From the IMG/VR virus record IMGVR_UViG_3300044617_000992: a stretch of 54,970 nucleotides of DNA. One strand, 5' to 3'. Position 1 is the first letter of the stretch. Every line of letters starts with the position of its first letter. A program made the position numbers and the translations under genes. This stretch comes from an uncultured virus (IMG/VR IMGVR_UViG_3300044617_000992) (Duplodnaviria > Heunggongvirae > Uroviricota > Caudoviricetes). Under the pieces are notes generated by a model that saw nothing but the letters and a program-made list of their open reading frames with translations, was not told where the DNA came from and did not search any database. Of the stretch, positions 18,135 to 25,259 are shown piece by piece.

Positions 18135-19181
18135 TCACTTCAGATCAATTTGTTGCTTAATCCAGTTATAAGTCTCACGAATTCCCTCTTCTAGAGTTTG
18201 TGAATAATCCCATCCAAGTTTTTTACGAATCAGATCATTATTAGAATTGCGACCACGAACACCAAGAGGTCCATCAATATGGACTTTATTTACTTCTTTG
18301 TTGGCAACTTTAGCAGCAGTATCTACAAGTTGATTGATAGTAACCATTTCCTCAGAACCAATATTGACGGGACCTTGGAAATCGGAATCCATCATTCGAC
18401 GGGTTGCTTCGATGCATTCATCAATGTACAGGAAGGAACGAGTTTGTAGGCCATCTCCCCACACCTCGATGGATCCACCTTCTTCTGGAAGATAGGCAAC
18501 TTTACGGCAGATTGCTGCAGGTGCTTTCTCTCTTCCACCTTCCCAAGTTCCTTCAGGTCCAAAGATATTATGATACCTAGCAACCCGAACAGGGATCCCG
18601 TAATTACGAGAATAAGCGAAAAACAACCGCTCTGAGAACAGTTTCTCCCAACCATATTCAGAATCGGGTGCTGCTGGGTATGCTGATTCTTCACGGCAAT
18701 CTGGGTTATTTGGATCGAGTTGATTGTGCTCAGGATACATGCAAGCAGATCCAGAGTAGAAAATTTTAGTCTTATTTACACCGTCTCTTTCATTACGTTC
18801 CTTTTGCATTTCCAGAACATTCAAATTAATCGTTGCAGAGTTGTGCATGATGTCTGCATCGTTCTCACCAGTGAAGACAAATCCTGCACCACCCATATCA
18901 GCAGCAAACTGATAGATCTCATCAAATGATTGAATGTGATTATCTGGAACTAATTGATAAAAATTTCCCAAGTAACCTTTGAATTGAAGACAAGCAGCAA
19001 CGAATTTTACATCCCGAAGATCTCCAAGAATAAACTCATTTGCCTCTGTTTCAGAAAACTCCGGGAGTTTCAGGTCTACACCCCGAACCCAGTATCCCTC
19101 AGAACGAAGTCTCCTAACCATATGACTTCCAATGAAACCACCAGCACCAAGGACCAGTGCTGTTTTAATATACTCACTCAT
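18135..19181 (-). CDS. GDP-mannose 3,5-epimerase-like extended SDR
   Basis: GAGGFIGSH, FAADMGGAGF, SACMYPE, YGWEKL, RYHNIFGP.GTW.GGREKAPAAICRK, GVRGRNS. Confidence 0.85.
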   Translation of the reverse strand: MSEYIKTALVLGAGGFIGSHMVRRLRSEGYWVRGVDLKLPEFSETEANEFILGDLRDVKFVAACLQFKGYLGNFYQLVPDNHIQSFDEIYQFAADMGGAGFVFTGENDADIMHNSATINLNVLEMQKERNERDGVNKTKIFYSGSACMYPEHNQLDPNNPDCREESAYPAAPDSEYGWEKLFSERLFFAYSRNYGIPVRVARYHNIFGPEGTWEGGREKAPAAICRKVAYLPEEGGSIEVWGDGLQTRSFLYIDECIEATRRMMDSDFQGPVNIGSEEMVTINQLVDTAAKVANKEVNKVHIDGPLGVRGRNSNNDLIRKKLGWDYSQTLEEGIRETYNWIKQQIDLK

Positions 19182-19204
19182 AATTTTTTTTGTTATGTAT
19201 TATC

Positions 19205-19233
19205 ATTATACCTATAATTGGTGTCATAATCAA
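19205..19233 (-). promoter_or_regulatory. sigma70-type promoter of the nine-gene glycan cluster
   Basis: TTGATT-17 nt-TATAAT. Confidence 0.6.
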
Positions 19234-19279
19234 GAGGTATGACAACAAAAATAAAGTAACTGGATTATTTAGAATGAAT

Positions 19280-19432
19280 TTAACTACCCCAACCATTTAA
19301 AAATTTCTCCAAAGGATCTCTGCCAGTTTTAACGATTTCACAAGCTCTTTTGTAAAACATATTATTAGTGTTGCCAGATTTTTCAAAAGTTTCCTTTATC
19401 TTAATCCAGTTATTAAGAGTATGATTGTCCAT
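19280..19432 (-). CDS. Small hypothetical protein (50 aa, MDNHTLNNWIKIKETFEKSGNTNNMFYKRA...)
   Basis: Hand-translated; TAAATA element upstream. Confidence 0.6.
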   Translation of the reverse strand: MDNHTLNNWIKIKETFEKSGNTNNMFYKRACEIVKTGRDPLEKFLNGWGS

Positions 19433-19482
19433 CTAAAAATGGCAAATGATTTACTATTTACCATCGGTATCAATTTATACTC

Positions 19483-19734
19483 TTATTTGATTTCAAATTC
19501 TAACTTTCGAACTTTACGAGTTCTTCGTTCTTCTTGATAAGCTAGATCTTCTCTGCTGAAAGATGACTTTGATTTTTTAGTTTGATTTGTAGTAATTAAT
19601 TCTACTAAACTTAAATCTAAAGCAGTAATTGTTTCCCCTTTGACAGTAGTTAAATTATCACATCCACAGCATTTAGTTCTTGATGGATGTGATTCTAATG
19701 TTATGTTGCAACTCTTGCATCTTATTGTTAACAT
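19483..19734 (-). CDS. Putative zinc-binding protein
   Basis: CKSC...CCGC; TATAAATA at 19753-19760. Confidence 0.7.
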   Translation of the reverse strand: MLTIRCKSCNITLESHPSRTKCCGCDNLTTVKGETITALDLSLVELITTNQTKKSKSSFSREDLAYQEERRTRKVRKLEFEIK

Positions 19735-19762
19735 TGTTCCACATAATTTAGATATTTATAAA

Positions 19763-19833
19763 TGGCGGGTGAGGGAATTGAACCCCCTCCTGAAGCTTAT
19801 GAGACTTCTGTGCTACCTTTACACTCACCCACG
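19763..19833 (-). tRNA. tRNA with CAT anticodon (Met), atypical
   Basis: Cloverleaf: D stem GTGT/GCAC, anticodon arm GAAGT-CTCATAA-GCTTC, T arm GGGGG-TTCAATT-CCCTC. Confidence 0.8.
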
Positions 19834-19862
19834 ATGAGGAGGCATTTTGCCTCCAATATTTA

Positions 19863-21329
19863 TCAGAACTTAAATGTTGTCTGAATTACACCACCCCAGT
19901 TGGAAGAGTTGCCAACCAGACGTTGGTTGTCACTTCCATAGATGATAGCAGGAATAACACTGATGTTATCAGATACTTGATACTTGTAGAAGATCTCAAG
20001 CATAGTTGCTTTCTCCAGATTTTCACCAGTAGGTGCTTGACCAATAGCAACACCAGCAGCGTTACCATCAACAAATACATCTTCCCACTGAAGACCAGCA
20101 AACCAGGACTGACTGTTGGTAGCAGCACTTTCAGTACCACTTACAGTGTTCCAACCATAACCTGCAGAGATGGAGGGAACCCAACCAGATTGAGTAGGTT
20201 GCCAGTATGCGTTCAGAGCATAACCATTAGAGGTTTGACCAGGAGCAAGAGCACCTGAAGCACCATCAAAACCATTATAGGTACGAACACGAGTGCCTTC
20301 AGTACCATAACGATAACCAAATGCAGCACCCCAGTTATCACCACGATAACCAATTTGTGCCAGAGTATTCAGAGCACCAGAACGATCAAACTCACCAGTA
20401 GAACTATCAGCACCATTTTGTGCAACATAGTTTACACCAGCAATAAGACCTTTGGTTCCATACTGAACACCAAAACCTGAACCAACTGCTTTGTTATAAA
20501 CTCCAGGAGCACCAGCAACTTGGAAGAAGTCAAGGATCTTGGAACTATAAGCAGTAGGGAGCCAGGAGATTTCAGTGTTACGAACCAGAGCACCAGCAGT
20601 CAGAGTAGTGCTACCATTGAACACAGGGAACTGATAGTACAGACGATCAATAACTACATTATTGCCATTCTCACCAGTGGTGTTGTCTGCTTTATCCAGT
20701 TTGAAGATTGAAGAACTGGATCCAAAAGGATTGCTACTAAAGTTAGAAGAACGCAGACGAGTACGAAGCAGGTCCTTACCAGTGAATGAAGTATCCAGGT
20801 TCAGACGCAGATCATAGTTAAATGCTGTATGAGTGATATCACCATCTTTGCTTTGGTAATTATCTACACCACCAAGAACAAAGTTTGCCTCACCACGCAG
20901 TTTAGTAGTTGTAGAGAACTGTTGTGCTTCAAGTGTAGTCACTTGTGCTTCCAGTTTATCAACACGACCACGAAGAACTGCAAGTTCAGAAGCAAACTCA
21001 TTGGTAAGACGCTTGAGTTCATCAGTAACTTCAGTTACACGATCCAGACAAGCATTCAGAAGTGCTGCTGCCTCATAACGAGTCATAGCACGACCACCAC
21101 CAAAGGTGCCATTGGGATAACCAGCAACACAACCATAACGCTCTACTAGTTGTGAGAGTGCTTGATATGCCCAGTCAGTTGGTTGCACATCAGAGAATTG
21201 AGTGACACTTGTAACCTGTTCTGAAGAATATTGAGTTACTCCACCCATATTGAGTTCTGCAGCATTCACAGCAGGAGCAACAATCCCCAGAGCAACAGGT
21301 GCAAGCATCAGTTGTTTGAAAAATTTCAT
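19863..21329 (-). CDS. Cyanobacterial-type outer-membrane porin (signal peptide + SLH domain + OprB-like barrel; SomA/iron-uptake porin family)
   Basis: QVTSVTQFSDVQPTDWAYQAL...YGCVAGYP...TRYEAAALLNACLD, QFSTTTKLRGE, C-terminal TTFKF. Confidence 0.93.
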   Translation of the reverse strand: MKFFKQLMLAPVALGIVAPAVNAAELNMGGVTQYSSEQVTSVTQFSDVQPTDWAYQALSQLVERYGCVAGYPNGTFGGGRAMTRYEAAALLNACLDRVTEVTDELKRLTNEFASELAVLRGRVDKLEAQVTTLEAQQFSTTTKLRGEANFVLGGVDNYQSKDGDITHTAFNYDLRLNLDTSFTGKDLLRTRLRSSNFSSNPFGSSSSIFKLDKADNTTGENGNNVVIDRLYYQFPVFNGSTTLTAGALVRNTEISWLPTAYSSKILDFFQVAGAPGVYNKAVGSGFGVQYGTKGLIAGVNYVAQNGADSSTGEFDRSGALNTLAQIGYRGDNWGAAFGYRYGTEGTRVRTYNGFDGASGALAPGQTSNGYALNAYWQPTQSGWVPSISAGYGWNTVSGTESAATNSQSWFAGLQWEDVFVDGNAAGVAIGQAPTGENLEKATMLEIFYKYQVSDNISVIPAIIYGSDNQRLVGNSSNWGGVIQTTFKF

Positions 21330-21360
21330 ATAGTTTGTTAAGAATTACAACTACAGTGTT

Positions 21361-21368
21361 TATTTATA
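21361..21368 (-). promoter_or_regulatory. T4-type late promoter upstream of the porin
   Basis: Exact TATAAATA 32 nt before the ATG. Confidence 0.6.
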
Positions 21369-21389
21369 ATTCCCAGATGTTTCTGGGGA

Positions 21390-21460
21390 AGCGGGTAAGG
21401 GGATTCGAACCCCTGACTACAACTTGGAAGGATGGCATGTTACCACTACACTATACCCGC
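21390..21460 (-). tRNA. tRNA-Gly(TCC)
   Basis: GCGGGTA/TACCCGC acceptor, U73, loop CTTCCAA, AGGGG-TTCGAAT-CCCCT; CCA not encoded. Confidence 0.9.
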
Positions 21461-21474
21461 ATATGTAAGGGAGT

Positions 21475-21503
21475 ATTATAACTCCCTAGTATTCAGTTGT
21501 CAA
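21475..21503 (-). promoter_or_regulatory. Consensus sigma70 promoter for tRNA-Gly
   Basis: TTGACA-17 nt-TATAAT. Confidence 0.85.
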
Positions 21504-21512
21504 GTATGTATA

Positions 21513-21875
21513 TTATACCCTAGTATAGCATACATTGGCAACCCCTTGTCCAGGAGATGCGATTTTACTAAATGCACCATAGGACAAATCAAGAGATCTA
21601 CCAGCAACAAAAGGTCCTCTGTCATTCACTTTTACAATTACAGAACGACCATTTGATTGGTTGGTAACTTTTAATTTAGTACCGAAGGGAAGAAATTTAT
21701 GGGCAGTTGACAACCCATATGCATTATATCTTTCTCCATTGGCAGTAGTTTGTCCGTGATATCCATCACCTACTCCATAATGTGATGCAAGGGAACATCC
21801 GCTTGCTGCCTTTGCTGTGATGGGTGCCAGTCCAACAAGACCAAAGGCAAGTATTGAAATTGTTTTAAAAAGCAT
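21513..21875 (-). CDS. rlpA: RlpA-like lytic transglycosylase (DPBB domain) with signal peptide
   Basis: ASHYG...TANGERYN...AHKFLPFGTKLKVTN...VNDRGPFV.GRSLDLS; likely start MLFKTI at 21875. Confidence 0.88.
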   Translation of the reverse strand: MLFKTISILAFGLVGLAPITAKAASGCSLASHYGVGDGYHGQTTANGERYNAYGLSTAHKFLPFGTKLKVTNQSNGRSVIVKVNDRGPFVAGRSLDLSYGAFSKIASPGQGVANVCYTRV

Positions 21876-22006
21876 TAAATTTAATTGAATTCTACATCCC
21901 AATAGAAGGGGGGTACACCACACCTCTCGGTAGGCACCTTCCTGGGCTCTAATTTCATAATCAAAGACTCATTCTAAAAATCATTATGAGTGATTATTTA
22001 GTAATT

Positions 22007-22195
22007 CTAAAGAATGTCTGAAATATACTCTAGTGATACCACTTCAAGTTCCTCATTTTGAACTACCCATTCTTGAATTTCAAGATACAAAGCAGTTGCT
22101 TCTTTAGACTTACCATTCAAACACAATTCGTGCATTCTGTCAATTCTTCGATCAATTTCAAGTCTACACAATTCTCTCAACTCAAGTCGATTCAT
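22007..22195 (-). CDS. Hypothetical phage protein
   Basis: 62-aa ORF overlapping the upstream gene. Confidence 0.6.
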   Translation of the reverse strand: MNRLELRELCRLEIDRRIDRMHELCLNGKSKEATALYLEIQEWVVQNEELEVVSLEYISDIL

Positions 22196-22610
22196 AATAA
22201 TCTTTCCTGAAGTATCTCCCTAGGATATTGCTATTATAGTACCTAGGCTCTCCAGTGTCAAGAGATTCAGTTAAAACATTGTTCAGAAACAACTGTTTAG
22301 TTTCTTCGTAATTAGTTTTACCTATTGTTTTATGTAATGATAGTATGAATCTTTTAAACTTATCCTTACCATACTTCTTTACATCTTCTTTTAATTCTGG
22401 ACAGGATCCATAATACTTTTTCCAATCACTTTCCTGTTTAACTTTTCTAGACTTACCCTTCGGTTTTCTAAAAGACCAAAAATACTTTCTCCCCAAATAA
22501 ATTCTGGAAGTCTCAGTGCATTCAATACGATAAACAAAACCAAAGTAATCCAATATGTCAGGTGAATCAAACACCTGTCCTTGATATATCCAAGGGTTCT
22601 CATAGGTCAT
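22182..22610 (-). CDS. T4 NrdA.1-like / GIY-YIG-like protein
   Basis: GFVYRI...YLGRK, ESDWKKYYGS, YYNSNI. Confidence 0.75.
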   Translation of the reverse strand: MTYENPWIYQGQVFDSPDILDYFGFVYRIECTETSRIYLGRKYFWSFRKPKGKSRKVKQESDWKKYYGSCPELKEDVKKYGKDKFKRFILSLHKTIGKTNYEETKQLFLNNVLTESLDTGEPRYYNSNILGRYFRKDYYEST

Positions 22611-22646
22611 AAAGCCTTTAATAATTAAGCCTTATTTATCCTTCAT

Positions 22647-22688
22647 CCCTAACAGAGTGATTCTAACGACCTATGAGAACAATGTCAA
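22647..22688 (-). promoter_or_regulatory. sigma70-type promoter followed by CACTCTGTTAGGG
   Basis: TTGACA-17 nt-TAGAAT. Confidence 0.7.
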
Positions 22689-22691
22689 GTA

Positions 22692-24023
22692 TTACTTTGT
22701 TGCTTGATAAGAACGTACCTTAGATTCACCAGTTTTCTTATCTGGTGCTACCATGTGAGTTTTGATTTTCTTTGATACTGGTGCGTTCTGCTTTTCCTTC
22801 TCAAATGCCTTATGAACTTTGGCAGCATCATCATACATATGGATTTTCTTAGCACCACTTTGCTTTGCCACTGCATTAGCAACCTTCACTTTCTTCTCAC
22901 CAACATCACCACCTTGCATTCCACCAGTGTAGTGAATTTTTGACTTATCTACATCAACACCGTGCTTCTTGAGGTGTCCCTGGAATTCACTTGGTTTATC
23001 AAACTTGGAACGAGCAGTGATGATGTGAACGTTCTGTCCTCTTGCCTGCTTTCTCTTAACATCTTTAATTACTTTCTTATTTGGACTAGCAGTTTGAGAA
23101 AACTTCTTCGCACTTTGGAACTCACTAAAATCATAAGAATGTCCCTTTTCTAACTTATGAGTATTGAACTCTTGGTTGCTTAGACTCTTAACTCTCTTTC
23201 CTGATGCATCATTAACGTGAACCTGAACGTTTGGTTTACCCTTTTTACCATGTCCGAAGAGAGTTTCGTCAACATCATATGCATGAACTGTTTTCTTAGG
23301 TCTAGTTCCTCTTGCCTTTTCTAAAAGATATTCTTCATCTACTTTCTTTTTATTATATTGCTTCCAAGCAGTCGCATAAGCAATTGCTCTTTCTCTATCG
23401 GTCAGTCCATCTTTGGAGTAACCTTTCTTGATATGCTTCACCATCCTTTCGGATTTTGCCCCAGGAGGTGCCTTCTCTGCCAATTCCACCTCTTCCTCTG
23501 TAACAAGATCCAAAACGGTTTCATAGTTGGTTTTCATTTCATGGAGGATAGATCTCATTCTATCTCTAGATGCTTCAACTTCTTCCTTATTATGCATTGT
23601 TTCCCAATATGAATCCCATTTTTTCTTATCTTGTTTTGCCTGCTCTCTTGATGATGGAGTAAATGAAGATGCCTTATTTCTAGTACCTTGTCCCAATGGA
23701 ACTCTCTTTTTAGGACCAGATGCTGCTGCTCTTTTTGCCATTTTCTGAATTTCTGGATCTGAACCAGTTCTCTTTACACTGCCAATTGTTTTAGTTACAG
23801 GATCCCAATGTGCTTCACCAAGTTCAACTTCTTCAATATTTACTTTAGGCAGTTTCACTGCTGCTGCCTTTTTCTTTTGGAGTTCTACTGCCTTTGGTCC
23901 CAACTGTCTTGCTGCACTTGGAGTGAGGGCTCCTGCACCAGAAGATTTCCTAACTTCAAAACTAGGAGACTTAGCTTCGTAAACCTTACTATATGCTTCT
24001 CTAATATTATTAAGACCAGACAT
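22692..24023 (-). CDS. Basic low-complexity protein with a C-terminal HAD-superfamily phosphatase domain
   Basis: HAD motifs YDVDETLF, IITARS, EKK, MYDD; TATAAATA at 24044-24051. Confidence 0.7.
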   Translation of the reverse strand: MSGLNNIREAYSKVYEAKSPSFEVRKSSGAGALTPSAARQLGPKAVELQKKKAAAVKLPKVNIEEVELGEAHWDPVTKTIGSVKRTGSDPEIQKMAKRAAASGPKKRVPLGQGTRNKASSFTPSSREQAKQDKKKWDSYWETMHNKEEVEASRDRMRSILHEMKTNYETVLDLVTEEEVELAEKAPPGAKSERMVKHIKKGYSKDGLTDRERAIAYATAWKQYNKKKVDEEYLLEKARGTRPKKTVHAYDVDETLFGHGKKGKPNVQVHVNDASGKRVKSLSNQEFNTHKLEKGHSYDFSEFQSAKKFSQTASPNKKVIKDVKRKQARGQNVHIITARSKFDKPSEFQGHLKKHGVDVDKSKIHYTGGMQGGDVGEKKVKVANAVAKQSGAKKIHMYDDAAKVHKAFEKEKQNAPVSKKIKTHMVAPDKKTGESKVRSYQATK

Positions 24024-24051
24024 AATACTCTTACTTTTTACAAGTATTTAT

Positions 24052-24077
24052 AAAAAAAGAGGGTCCGAAGACCCTCT
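24052..24077 (-). terminator. Intrinsic terminator after nrdB
   Basis: GAGGGTC-TTCG-GACCCTC + T7. Confidence 0.88.
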
Positions 24078-24080
24078 AAA

Positions 24081-25259
24081 TCAAAGTTTAAATCCTGCAA
24101 AAGTATCTGTCTTCACATCTTGCTTAATGCCACCAACAACATAAGATTCAACTTCTGTTTCTTGTGGTGCTACTTGAAGACCTTTAGAACTAATCCAATG
24201 CTCCGTCCAAGGAAGTGGATTATTTTTAGCAGCAATATCATAAATTGGTTTGATTCCAATTGCTCTCATTCTTCGATTAGCAATCCACTCAACATAATTG
24301 TTGAGTAGTTTATCATTCAAACCAATCATAGAACCATCTTTGAATAGATACTGTGCCCACTCCTTTTCCTGATCTACGCAATTCCTGAAGGCAGAGATTA
24401 CCCAATCTTGTTCTTCTTTAGCAATTTGCTGCATTTCTGGATCATCCCCTTCACTCCACTTATTGAGGATGTTTTGAGTAATGACAAGGTGCTGATTTTC
24501 GTCTCTTGCGATGAGAGAGATAATTTTAGCGGATCCTTCCATAAGTTTGAGTTCACCAAACGCAAAGCTGCAAGCGAACGAGACATAAAACCTGATACCT
24601 TCGAGAATGTTGACATTGGCAATTGCTCTGTAAAGTTTTCTTTTAAGTTCAATTCTATCTTCCCTGGCAGAACCTGCACGTTCTTGTGCATACAACCAGG
24701 CATTAGAAGTTCCATACTCCTGTGCAGAGTTAATGAATTCATCGTAAGATTCTGTCACTGATGATGCTCTTTCTAGAATCCTTTCATTATTCAAAATAGT
24801 ATCAAACACTTCAGAAGGATCTGAATATACATTCTTGATAATGTAAGTATAGGATCTAGAATGGATCATCTCCATAAATTCCCATACAGTCATACATGCT
24901 TCCAGTTCAGGAAGGGAGCAGTATGGAATAAATGCCATACCAGGACCACGACCCTGAACTGAATCTAGAAGAATCTGATACTTCAAGTTAGATGTGAAAA
25001 TGTGCTTCTGTTCTGGTCGCAGTGTATGGTAATCGGCACGATCCTTTTGGAGGGAGACCTCCTCAGGTCTCCAGAAGTATCCAAGTTGTTGTTGAGTTAA
25101 TTTATCAAAGACTGGATATTTGTATTGATCGTATCTTTGAACTCCAAGAGGATTGCCAAAAAACATTGGTTGCTTTTTGGAATCCACTTGTGATGTGTTG
25201 AATACTGTCATTCCCATAGTAGACTCTTCCGAATTAACTCTAAATTTTGCAACTTTCAC
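24081..25259 (-). CDS. nrdB: Ribonucleotide reductase class Ia beta subunit
   Basis: FWRPEEV, LLDSVQGR, EMIHSRSYT, LEGIRFYVSFACS, RDENQH, QVAPQETE. Confidence 0.97.
   Translation of the reverse strand: MKVAKFRVNSEESTMGMTVFNTSQVDSKKQPMFFGNPLGVQRYDQYKYPVFDKLTQQQLGYFWRPEEVSLQKDRADYHTLRPEQKHIFTSNLKYQILLDSVQGRGPGMAFIPYCSLPELEACMTVWEFMEMIHSRSYTYIIKNVYSDPSEVFDTILNNERILERASSVTESYDEFINSAQEYGTSNAWLYAQERAGSAREDRIELKRKLYRAIANVNILEGIRFYVSFACSFAFGELKLMEGSAKIISLIARDENQHLVITQNILNKWSEGDDPEMQQIAKEEQDWVISAFRNCVDQEKEWAQYLFKDGSMIGLNDKLLNNYVEWIANRRMRAIGIKPIYDIAAKNNPLPWTEHWISSKGLQVAPQETEVESYVVGGIKQDVKTDTFAGFKL

Noticed and set aside
21336..21356. HLR1-like repeat upstream of the porin (TTAAGA...TTACAA)
   Set aside because: Half-sites are 7 nt apart rather than 10
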